Of a DNA stretch of 36,614 nucleotides, positions 22,421 through 34,967 are shown one piece after another. Under the pieces are notes generated by a model. It made no database searches. It saw only the letters and a list, made by a program, of their open reading frames with translations, and was not told the origin of the DNA. Source of the DNA: Octopus bimaculoides (lineage: Eukaryota); contig NC_068982.1 in NCBI RefSeq assembly GCF_001194135.2, positions 102,506,025-102,542,638 of the forward strand, in the 5' to 3' direction. How positions within the stretch are numbered: the stretch's first letter is position 1; each line of letters begins with the position of its first letter. The position numbers and the translations under genes are program-made.

Positions 22421-24744
22421 ATAGAGAAGGAACAAATATCACACCACATATTATTCAATACCCTAACAATTTTACCACTGAAAACATATTTTTAAGTTAC
22501 CGCGTATTGTGTACTAGGGTCAATTTTGTTAGTTTCTACTGCTTAATCAGTGAATGGAGGACGTGGCCGATGACGCGGCCTCTGAAGGAAGGAAATTATC
22601 ACCTGACCAAAACCTGAGTACTCTCAACAGTATGGACGCCATTAACGAGATCCAAGAACTAAGTATTCGGCAGATTAAGTCACTCACTCAGAAACAGTGC
22701 AACGGAAACTGTGCGGATGTCGACTTATACAACCGACATCCACAAAGTTGCCGTCTATCAAAGTTTACAAACTTCTAGTTCACCAGAGGAGTGTGCAAAG
22801 CACAGTCCTTCAACACACGGATTTTCAACAAGTAGAGACACCGACGGATTTTCGATTTGATATTGTAATCATTTAATTTCGTGAATGTTGCTGACTAGCC
22901 GATGTTAGTTCTGATCGAGAATAGATATGACCAAAGGCAATTGAAGACCATCTGGTGGCAATTTCTAGCAGATCTAGGTTGCCTTGTTGGATAATTGTTT
23001 TGAATATTATTATTGCAAAGGAAGGATTGTATCGATGATAGGAAAGATGATGCAGGTGAATGGAAACAAGGATGTATGACTTTCAGCCATTTTCCTCTCC
23101 TCTTCTTTAAATCAAAGATTTTGTGTCCATATAAGAAATAATGTTCATAGTTGTTTTTATGTATAGGAGGCCAATCAGTAGACGAAAGGAGATACAATTT
23201 ACCTCAGACTTTATCCAGTAGAAGAGCAGATGTATTCAAGAAAATGGGCTGGCTTTAATTCTATAAAATCTGAATACTAGTTCCTATGCTACAGTAAACA
23301 ATATCTTACCCATAGTTATACAAGAAAAGGGCCTAACTACAGCTAGACACCTTGACTAGAAATATAATATATAACTGGTTAGTGATAAATAGAAAATATT
23401 TAGTTCAATTCTTTATATTCACCTTGGCTTGGCAACATAACCTTTAAGACAATATCTACACTCCTATTGTGCATAGATAAGTTTCTTAAGTCATCATATT
23501 TATTGAAAAGACATAAGGTCGAAGGGTTGGAGTATAGATATAAAAATAAATTCCAATGTATATTCTTCCCATATCAATGCGAAAGGAAGCGAAATGACAT
23601 CATTTAGAAACTCAATTCAACTTATTAAATAAGAACAGTTTATTCTTAGATTATATTTCGACATATCTGTAACATTTCATCGAGGCTCCTTATCTTTAAT
23701 ACATTAAATGTAAGCATTTTGAGAGCACATAGCTCACATTTAGATAGATGAGAATAAATACGTTAAATAACCTTTTATTACAACTGCATTATTGCTCCCG
23801 GATAGCACATATGCTTCTGCAATTTTATGCTCCTGTCCGAAGAGAATGGGAATCAGCCTTGATTTTATTCTCTCCCGGATAAGAAAATAAGGATAATTAG
23901 TTGATGATTTAAAGTTTAATATACAGTTTAAACTGATGCAAGTTTGTGGTTTCTGGAGGTCGTAAAAAATTATCAGTGGCAAATAGGTGTAGTATTACGC
24001 AAGTATTCTGGGGAAATATATTTCGTATGTGGGGTGCTATAAGGTGTGACCTGTGAAGGCAAGTCGTGCTTATGTACGATTTGCACTGATTTGGCAAATT
24101 CAGAGGAATAGCGGCTTAACGAGTTCTTTAAGAAAAAAGTCAAAACAAAGAAAGGATGTAACACGACGGAAGTTGGAAGTTTGCCAAGTAGACTGTTTTA
24201 AGATGGTATAGAACATATGCAAATAGTGAGATGGAGCCTTGTCTGAAATACATCAGGTTTCTATAGCCTATAAAAAAAGAATTACCAGTTCTTCAAGAGC
24301 TGAAATTCCTCATGGAAAAAATGCACAAATTTGACGATACTCTGTTGGTGCCGAAGTTAGCATTAATTCTTCAGTATTTCTCCAGTTTACATACAAATAA
24401 TCAGGTTTCTTCATGTCAGTTTTTCAGCTTTCAAACTCAAGAGTAAAAAAAAAATATTTTAAGAAAAGACAAAGTGGATATACATATCATATTCAGGACG
24501 ATTTCTGCAAAATAATTTAACAAAATGAAATATAGAGTAAAATAACAAATATGCTTAACATTATTATTATTAATGTTATTACTATTATCACCATCATAAT
24601 CATTAAGCTAGTAGGTCCAATGTATTGTCTACGTAGATATAATGATGTTTTTTGTTATTCATGCGTAGTAAAAACATTGCTAAGAAGAGTGTTTCTTAAC
24701 GTTACTTGCTAAGGTTTCAATAACAATATTTGTGTGCTTTCGTA

Positions 24745-25095
24745 TATATCTGTATGTGTGTGTGTGTTTGTGTGTGTGTGTGAAATCATACTTATATGAA
24801 TGGATTCTTACATGTATACGTATATGCAAGCACATATGAGTTTCCAATAACATCTTAGGTTTATTTATGCAAGCAAAAGTACGTGCGCATGCATACATCG
24901 TTCTCAACGCTAACAAATGTATATGCGCATATGTATGTGTGTCCATACGTAGATATATATATGTGTGTGTGTGTGCGCGCGCGCGTATGTGTGTATATAT
25001 GCCATATATGTAGATATGTATATATATATATGTATGTATGTATTTATATATATATGCATGTACATATATATATATATATGTATTTATATATATAC

Positions 25096-25147
<52 letters not shown>

Positions 25148-25345
25148 GCATGTTATATATATAAACGTGTATGTGTGTGTATGCGTGAGTGCATGTGTGT
25201 TTATGCGTGCGTGCATGTCTGTGCGCGCGCGTGTATGTGTGTGTGTGTGTGTATGTGCACGCGTGTGTGCGTGTGCGTGCGTGCGTGTGCGTGCGTGTGT
25301 GTGCGTGCGTGCGTGTGCGTGCGTGCGCGTGTGTTTGCGTTCAGA
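24745..25345 (+). repeat. Long compound (TG)/(TA)/(TGCG) microsatellite block
   Basis: Direct reading; source of ORFs 24680-25529. Confidence 0.95.
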
Positions 25346-26234
25346 CATTCATTCTTATTCCTGTGTGCATGTACACTACATGAACATATATTCATATATT
25401 TATGCATTAACATATAATCCTCCTCAACTCCTTGTTCTTCACAGATATATTATTACGATTTTGTCACTATCACGCTTAACTAACTGGAACCGGCAAATAA
25501 AGACGATTACTCAGTCATTTATATTGTAATTTAAAATGAATTGTTCCTTCCTGTTTATGCCTTCAACCCTCCTCAACGCTCTCCTTTCTATTGCTCTTGA
25601 TCTCTTTCTGACACATTGTTTCTTTGTGATGAATATCGCACTCTTTTCGTCATATTTCGTAATATTAAATTATATTGTTCATAGGATTATTAATATTCAG
25701 ATATGAATTTCCGTTTCCTGTTTTGACCATGCTATACTGCCTTTATGCCACATGGAAAATGCTTTGTACATATCTTAACAAACAGGCATATTTAAGGACA
25801 ATGAAAAATAATTTAATATCGTAATTAATGTAAAAGAAAGGCATAAGCTGATCCAGCTTAGCAGATTCCCCCTTCGGAAGAACAACTATCTAAGCGTAAC
25901 GTTTACAATCATATTTCATATTAACGTTCTTTTTCTTGTTATCGATATTCTTGTTATCGATATTAGCTTTCTAATCACCTGAGAAATGCTTTACAGTTTT
26001 TACTTTTGTTGTTCACAGGTTAAGATTGAGAAATCGATAAAATTGATACCCGTGATATACCTGGGATAGGGTCACTTTAAAAAAATGGAATAGATTCATT
26101 TTCTCCTCGTGGAGATAAATGTATTCCACTTTTAAACTGCTTCTTCTCACTGACTGCCGAGTTGGACTACCAATAGTTTTCTCAGACCCTACCTCGTATT
26201 TCTTTCGTTGAATGGAAGAGATCCGGTCCACTAT

Positions 26235-26305
<71 letters not shown>

Positions 26306-26471
26306 TTTAATATTTTGGACTAATGGATATATGTCGATTAGTGTGTTGAAGTGTTGAGTATAGCACTGGCACAGTTTGGGCTACCTGGTGTCATCCGCAG
26401 TCGGGGGTATATTTCCGTTGGTTCTACTTCAGGAACTTCGCAGTATTACATGAGATAATAATAATAATTTC

Positions 26472-26711
26472 TTAAGTAACCAGATGGATGTGGTATGAAT
26501 CTTTATTTTGTACGATGGTCGTTTCGACTCATCTGTCTCTTATCGGTGGGACACAACTTTATGTATGCATTACCTGTTGAGACCCAGACTACAAAATGGA
26601 TGTAACACATGTTGAACAGAGTCCCACCCATAAGGAACAATGGCAGAATGGGTCGAAACGACCGTTGTACAAAATAAATTTTAATACGAGATCCACCTTC
26701 TGGTCACTTAA
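26472..26711. mobile_element. ~240-bp palindromic mini-element made of two inverted PLE-like terminal sequences
   Basis: The left arm (26472-26552) is an imperfect reverse complement of the right arm (26621-26711): TTAAGT.ACCAGA..TGGAT...GTAT.AA..TTTATTTTGTAC.A.GGTCGTTTCGAC.CA.TCTG...CTTAT.GGTGGGAC. The spacer is 68 bp. Confidence 0.8.
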
Positions 26712-26724
26712 AAAATTACTTAGT

Positions 26725-26807
<83 letters not shown>
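26725..26807 (+). repeat. (TTA)n microsatellite at the 3' end of the R4/Dong element
   Basis: Direct reading. Confidence 0.95.
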
Positions 26808-27992
<1,185 letters not shown>

Positions 27993-29464
27993 CATACATA
28001 TACATATATATATAAATAAACATACATACATATACATATATATAAATATACATACATACATACATATATACATACATATATATATATACATATATATATA
28101 CATATATGCGAGTAAAAATAAATACAAAAAAGGTGGGGGTTTTTGTATGATTGTGTATAGAGGAATATATTATTTTGCTTAAAAGAGTTCCAACACTGTC
28201 TGTTTTTTATGTTTTATTTATATTCCTGCAGAACTAATGTGGGGTATAGAATATGGAATATACAATATATAATATGATATACAATATACAATATAAAATA
28301 AAATAAAATAAAAATGGATGGCACCATGAAAGAAAGTATTGAATGTAGATGAAATATTGAGTGTTCAATATAAAGGATCAAATATNNNNNNNNNNNNNNN
28401 NNNNNNNNNNNNNNNNNNNNNNNNNNNNNNNNNNNNNNNNNNNNNNNNNNNNNNNNNNNNNNNNNNNNNNNNNNNNNNNNNNNNNNNNNNNNNNNNNNNN
28501 NNNNNNNNNNNNNNNNNNNNNNNNNNNNNNNNNNNNNNNNNNNNNNNNNNNNNNNNNNNNNNNNNNNNNNNNNNNNNNNNNNNNNNNNNNNNNNNNNNNN
28601 NNNNNNNNNNNNNNNNNNNNNNNNNNNNNNNNNNNNNNNNNNNNNNNNNNNNNNTATATATATATATATATATATATCTCCCGAACCCTCCAATAATCAA
28701 ATTTTCTTACGATCTTATATATTACTTATAATTATTGCTACTAGTGTATAGCGGGAGTCGTAGAGCAAGAGGTGAGTGTCCAGTCAATCGTGTCCAGTGG
28801 TGTGGATTCTCAGCTGAAACTATTTTCTTCAGTTACATTTGATAATAATCTGGAGGTCTCACTTAACTCTTTTTTCTCTTTAACGTCCTTCAGTTATGAT
28901 TTTCGTAACGATGGAACTAAAAGCTTCTACGCCAATAATTCGGCAACTTCTGAAGGATTGTTCACATTAACATCAAGTTGGTGAGTAAATCTATTCAGTT
29001 ACTTATTCAGCTCTCTTGTGTTGTGCTTCACCAGAATAGACTATTATCTATGACATTGTTGATGTTGTTAGATGTTTATTCAGATGGAAAGTTACATTTT
29101 ATAAAAATTGAACGCAGATCTATTTCGAAGTGAATCGCCAACATATAATTTCTTATCGCAAGCTAAAGATAGCTTAAAGTCATTTGATAAATCGATAGTA
29201 AGAATGTTATGACAAAATGTTATGATAGTAGTATTGAATTTAAAGCTAATCAAATTGGTTTTGTATGTATTCGTCATCTGTATGTGACATTGATATAAAA
29301 TATTACGAGTTTTAGTTGTTCAATATGATATTTTTGTTTCATGGGTACCAGCAGTAAAAAAAAGCGAGGTGTAAGATAGACTTATGTATATCTGTTTTTG
29401 GTAAACAAATATTTTTAGTCTTCCATTGTAAAGCAGATACTCGGGCTAAACAACGTATTTTGCT

Positions 29465-29529
29465 GTGTGTGATGAGGAAGTAGAGATCGACCGGATTCGT
29501 CTCAGCGTTTCTGCTGCTTCATCACACGT
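29465..29529 (+). ncRNA. Pre-miRNA-like hairpin (unassigned)
   Basis: 29465-29487 pairs with 29507-29529: 22 of 23 positions paired (6 G:U, one A.G mismatch), 19-nt loop. No known family recognised. Confidence 0.35.
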
Positions 29530-30226
29530 CTGTTTACAGATCACAGAGAGAATAATAGCTTACAACTATTTATTATTATACACGAACTCTAATAGATCTA
29601 AACTACACTATCTACTTTACGTGTGTATTTAGAAGCTAAATAGTGGAATACCAAACTGATTTTTAGCATTATCCAAAAATATTCGTTTTAGCGGATGCGA
29701 ATAATAAACCTACTTCTATTGTGATATTCATATCGTTGAAAGTAATTTTTCTTGCTTCATAAGAACTATATTTTACTGACTTCTCGTTTACAATTCCGTA
29801 CCAAAATTTTAGAAATTTCTCGCTAACATCTAATTCATGAGTTAACCATTTCAGCTATTTTTCAGAACTTCATTCTAGCCACGTATATATAACACAATGC
29901 TCCGCTCTAACAAGTAACATTAATAGAGAGGTTGGTAATGGTGGCTTAAGATTGTAAACATAATAAATTCTTTTCACTTGGCACAGAAAGTATTTCCTTT
30001 ATAATCGAATGAATTAGCTGTTATGTATTTCATTTATTCTAGAGAGATGAAAAGTTATGTTAAAACACCATAGATTTTGAATTCCAAGTATGTACAGATG
30101 AAATTCTTACTGCAAAACAATTTGCCTCATAATGCAGCATAGCTTCTATTTCTAAGCTTGATATCTTTTACGATTCATACTGTCCACTTTTGTAAAAGAT
30201 TATGGCTGTTACAACTGAGACCACGC

Positions 30227-30227
<1 letters not shown>

Positions 30228-30281
<54 letters not shown>

Positions 30282-30322
30282 GGTGGTGGTGGTGGTAGTA
30301 GTAGTAGTAGCAGTAGTAGTGA

Positions 30323-30353
<31 letters not shown>

Positions 30354-30363
30354 GGTGATGGTG

Positions 30364-30399
<36 letters not shown>

Positions 30400-30412
30400 G
30401 CAGTAGTAGTGA

Positions 30413-30465
<53 letters not shown>
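30228..30465 (+). repeat. (TAG)n/(TGG)n compound microsatellite with a higher-order unit
   Basis: Unit gtagtagcagtagtagtgatggtggtggtagtag recurs at ~30304 and ~30394. Confidence 0.95.
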
Positions 30466-30466
<1 letters not shown>

Positions 30467-30649
30467 AAGCGGCGGCAGCAGCAACAGGGGGAAGAGGAGT
30501 GTTATAGCACTAAGAATATGGGAATTGACGCTGCAGGTGCTATTGAACATAGGGTCCAGGCAATCAAGTCAGCTATTAACCCAACTTCAGATATTGATGC
30601 GAAACAATATTGTGTAACTAATACTATGCTTATAAGAACCCCTACACAT

Positions 30650-30948
30650 GTTGCTGGCACTCCGTCGCTTACGACGTCGAGAGTTCCAGTCGATCCGATC
30701 AACGGAACAGCCTGCTCGTGAAATTAACGTGCAAGTGACTGAGCACTCCACAGACACGTGTACCCTTAACGTAGTTCTCGGAGATATTCAGCGTGACACA
30801 GTGTGACAAGGCTGACCCTTTGAATTACAGACACAACAGAAACAGGAAGTAAGAGTGAGAGAAAGTTGTGGTGAAAGAGTACAGCAGGGTTCGCCACCAT
30901 CCCCTGCCGGAGCCTCGTGGAGCTTTAGGTGTTTTCGCTCAATAAACA
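30650..30948 (-). mobile_element. SINE family C variant (head lost in the gap) with a different 3' module
   Basis: Reverse complement of 30840-30948 (tgtttattgagcgaaaacacctaaagctccacgagg...ccacaactttctctcactcttacttcctgtttct) matches 19203-19312, then diverges. Confidence 0.8.
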
Positions 30949-32029
30949 NNNNNNNNNNNNNNNNNNNNNNNNNNNNNNNNNNNNNNNNNNNNNNNNNNNN
31001 NNNNNNNNNNNNNNNNNNNNNNNNNNNNNNNNNNNNNNNNNNNNNNNNNNNNNNNNNNNNNNNNNNNNNNNNNNNNNNNNNNNNNNNNNNNNNNNNNNNN
31101 NNNNNNNNNNNNNNNNNNNNNNNNNNNNNNNNNNNNNNNNNNNNNNNNNNNNNNNNNNNNNNNNNNNNNNNNNNNNNNNNNNNNNNNNNNNNNNNNNNNN
31201 NNNNNNNNNNNNNNNNNNNNNNNNNNNNNNNNNNNNNNNNNNNNNNNNNNNNNNNNNNNNNNNNNNNNNNNNNNNNNNNNNNNNNNNNNNNNNNNNNNNN
31301 NNNNNNNNNNNNNNNNNNNNNNNNNNNNNNNNNNNNNNNNNNNNNNNNNNNNNNNNNNNNNNNNNNNNNNNNNNNNNNNNNNNNNNNNNNNNNNNNNNNN
31401 NNNNNNNNNNNNNNNNNNNNNNNNNNNNNNNNNNNNNNNNNNNNNNNNNNNNNNNNNNNNNNNNNNNNNNNNNNNNNNNNNNNNNNNNNNNNNNNNNNNN
31501 NNNNNNNNNNNNNNNNNNNNNNNNNNNNNNNNNNNNNNNNNNNNNNNNNNNNNNNNNNNNNNNNNNNNNNNNNNNNNNNNNNNNNNNNNNNNNNNNNNNN
31601 NNNNNNNNNNNNNNNNNNNNNNNNNNNNNNNNNNNNNNNNNNNNNNNNNNNNNNNNNNNNNNNNNNNNNNNNNNNNNNNNNNNNNNNNNNNNNNNNNNNN
31701 NNNNNNNNNNNNNNNNNNNNNNNNNNNNNNNNNNNNNNNNNNNNNNNNNNNNNNNNNNNNNNNNNNNNNNNNNNNNNNNNNNNNNNNNNNNNNNNNNNNN
31801 NNNNNNNNNNNNNNNNNNNNNNNNNNNNNNNNNNNNNNNNGTAGTCATCACTGAACATCTTTTTGCTTTCTCTCTCTCTTTTCACCCCTTCTTGCCTTCT
31901 TTTCCTTTTCTACCCTTTTTCCTTTTTACTCCTCTTTCCTTCTTTATTCCTCGTTCTCCTCTTTGAATTACATTTATAATACAAAATCTAAACATGGCTA
32001 TTGGTAATTTACGAAAAATCGTGAAAAAA

Positions 32030-33445
32030 CGTTTCCCGTTTTCCCCTCACCTACCACCCCACCACCCTACCCCTCCAACGCACCATTCTCCGAGCCTTCC
32101 GGCGACTCTAGTCCGAACCCTCCACTTCGCACATCTTCCCTAACCGACCCCTTCCCTCCTTCAAACGAGCCCACAACCTACGAGATCTCTTGCTCCACAG
32201 CTTCTGCCCTACCCCAACCTCCCTACCCGGCTCATTCCCCTGCTCTCGACCACGCTGCCGCACTTGCCCTTACCTCTCTAACACCACCCTTCTCACCGGC
32301 ACTCATTATTGACCCTATCATATCACTGACTCCTTCACCTGCACTTCTACCAATGTCATCTACTGCATCTCCTGCTACATCTGTCCTTCTCTATACATCT
32401 GTCAAACGGGACACCGCTTGGCTAACCGGTTCGCGGAACACCTCCGAGACACCGACTCGGCAATGACAGCCCGGTCTCGCGCCATTTCCGCTCTACCGGT
32501 CACTCTTTGCAGCACCTATCAGTGTTCGGATCGTCCTTGCACAGGAGCCATCCGGACTCACGTTTTCACCGTGAACAGTGATTGATCTTCTTTCTTCGCT
32601 CCTTTGCTCAATATAGGTTTGATATACATGGGCTCAACTCCCCTCCCCTCTTAATCTAACGCTCCTCCTCTCCACTCTCTCCTTCTCACACCTACTTCCA
32701 CCCACCTGCCTCTCCTCTCTTGCTCCAACTGCTACTTCTCTTCACTTTTAGCCACCTTCTCTCTTCTCTTCACTCCTACCCACCTTCTCCCTACCCCCTC
32801 TCCCTTCATCGTCACCCTTCCCTCATAACCCCACCCCTACACAATCCAACCCCCGCCTTCACTCTTCATCCCTTGCCACCCCACCCCATCCCTTACACCC
32901 ANNNNNNNNNNCCTCTACCTCCACTGTTAGCCTAACGTGCACCCCACCGTTGCATTCCCCACCCTCTCCTCCACACACCACCATACCATACACCACCATA
33001 CCACACAACACCACATCACATCACACCACCAAGCACACACTAGCACTGACCACTTCCCAGCCTTACACCATCATCCACACACCTACACATACACAGACGC
33101 ACACGTCAAGGTCACCAGCCCTCTTCCACACGCACATGCATGCTCTCTTATACACACGCACGCGCACCTACGTTTTCGGATCACCACTACTTTATTATCT
33201 CCTCTTCTTCCTAGCTCTCCTGTGTGACCCCTCTGTCTGGCATTCGCCATGATAGATCGATAGCCACTACACATTCTTTATTTTCTCTCCTTGTTTCTTT
33301 CAGTGTTCCTTTCCGTGGAAGAGCGTAGGCTCGAAACGTTAAAGACTTTTTCCCATCCCGAGCGTTAAACCAATACATCTGTTTGTTGTCTACACTACCT
33401 GTCTTCGTCTTTTGTTTTGTTGTTTTTTGTGAATTCTCCCCCTAT
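32030..33445 (+). mobile_element. 5'-truncated Neptune-type Penelope-like element: RT-thumb linker, Cys-rich region, GIY-YIG, long 3' UTR and hammerhead-like terminus
   Basis: PLTYHPTTLPLQRTILRAFRRL*...FKRAHNLRDLLLH...PGSFPCSRPRCRTCPYL...FTCTSTNVIYCISCYICPSLYICQTGHRLANRFAEHLRD/..PVSRHF..TGHS...REQ*LIF (32044-32659). The CxxxxCxxC linker and CxxC inside GIY-YIG are characteristic of the Neptune clade. Confidence 0.92.
33309..33344 (+). ncRNA. Minimal type I hammerhead-ribozyme-like motif with a degenerate core
   Basis: CTTT-CCGTGGA-A-GAGC(GTAG)GCTC-GAAAC-GTT-AAAG: helix I CTTT/AAAG, helix II GAGC/GCTC, palindromic ACGT helix III. The core deviates from CUGANGA at positions 4 and 6. Confidence 0.55.
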
Positions 33446-33479
33446 ATATAAAGGTATGTGTGTATATAATGTGTGTCTG

Positions 33480-33517
<38 letters not shown>

Positions 33518-33527
33518 NNNNNNNNNN

Positions 33528-33562
<35 letters not shown>

Positions 33563-34060
33563 ATGTGTGTGTGTGTGTCCGTGTATTTATGTATGTATGT
33601 ATGTATTTCTCCTTATATATATGGGTATGTGTTTGCTTGTGTATTGGTATATGAAATAATATAAGCACTAATATCCTTTATATTAAAATAGTGGCCGTTA
33701 ATTCATAATTATTCATATTTTTTATTATTTATTCATATCATAAACATTGTATTATGTAGAACAGTAAATACCGGCTGAATTATCTGGTAAAAATTTGAGA
33801 TATAGTTGACAAGTGATAATTTCTATCAGTAGAGAGAGGTGACAGACAGTATATACTATAATCATTGATGATGTTATTGTGATAGAAACGATAGGTATGA
33901 TACCTGGTTTGAGCTCCATCAAAACGACTGTTGCCCTTTCTGATGTTCAAAATCATACTCACAAATTTGTGTTTTTTTTTTCTTTCATTATCAAAAGTTA
34001 TACCATTGATTTACTATTAATAAAATTTATTATTAATGCAATTAATTTATTACTAATATA

Positions 34061-34453
34061 TGCGCAGGCATTTCTGTTTAGTAAGAAGATTGCTTCCCAA
34101 CTACATGGCTCTGTTCCACGTGTGTCATCTTAGGCATGTGTCATCTACTATAGTCACCGGCCGAGTAAAGTTTTGTGAGTGGATTTGGTAGATGGAAGCT
34201 GAAAGAAGCCGCCCCAGTATGTGTGGATGTGTATATTTGTGTCTGTAACCGTTCCCCGCCATCGCTTAGCGACTGGTTTTGATGTGATTATGTCCCCGTA
34301 ACCTGCTGGTTCGACAAAAGAAACCGATAGAACAAGTACCACGCTTAAAAAATGTTAAGTACTGGGGTCGATTCGTTCTACTAAAATTCTTCAAGACAGT
34401 TCCACTGCATGGCCGCACTCCAATGACTGAAACAAGTAAAAGATAAAAGATAT
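34061..34453 (+). mobile_element. tRNA-derived SINE, family A, with a partly deleted B-box region
   Basis: Colinear with the reverse complement of 2433-2982: gcgcagg...gtaagaagattgcttcccaactacatgg...tactatag...gtgagtggatttggtaga...gaaaccgatagaacaagtacc...ggggtcgattcg...gactgaaacaagtaaaagataaaaga. Confidence 0.88.
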
Positions 34454-34591
34454 AAGAATATTATACATACGAAGCATGGCTGTGCAACTGAGAAGTTCAT
34501 TTCACGTTACATCTAACTGTAAATCCCCTAGGATAAATTCATCTTATATAGCTTCGAGTTGGCAAGTAATATATAGCTTTGAGGTGTGAGT

Positions 34592-34967
34592 GGAATACAT
34601 GGTCTTGATTATTAGGACCACCTTAAAATAGTGAAACTTTATTCTCACCAGCACTGCAGCTAGTGTTACATCATTAGCAGAATGTGGAGAATATACTACT
34701 GGCATTGCCCAAACAACCTTGACATCCGGTTCAAAATTCATCCAAGGCTGGTGCCTCGTGCCATACGACCCCTTTGCAATTGAAGGTAAGAACACATAAA
34801 TTCACTGCAACTCAATTTCATCAACAGAAATCAAAGAAGGAAAGGATCCCATCACTTTCAACCGAGACCTGGACAAACTTCTTCAAGGGATACCAAATAA
34901 ACCACCTATACCTGGACACATCTCATTCAACAACAACTCTCCATTAGGGCTTTTGCTACTAATATAG
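34592..34967 (+). mobile_element. CR1/L2-group LINE ORF2 3' remnant
   Basis: GIHGLDY*DHLKIVKLYSHQHCS*CYIISRMWRIYYWHCPNNLDIRFKIHPRLVPRAIRP/FAIEG../TEIKEGKDPITFNRDLDKLLQGIPNKPPIPGHISFNNNS matches the post-RT pattern L.Y.ERL..L.LYSL.RRR.RY.I...WK...SF...GP..F...F...LDK.L..IPD.P...NS. Confidence 0.8.

Noticed and set aside
23203-23260. Minus-strand 58-nt exon-like segment (ttttatag|...gag|gtaaat)
   Set aside because: Stops in all three frames and no linked exons.
30518-30721. ORF MGIDAAGAIEHRVQAIKSAINP...
   Set aside because: The 3' third lies inside a SINE; there is no donor site and no recognised homology.
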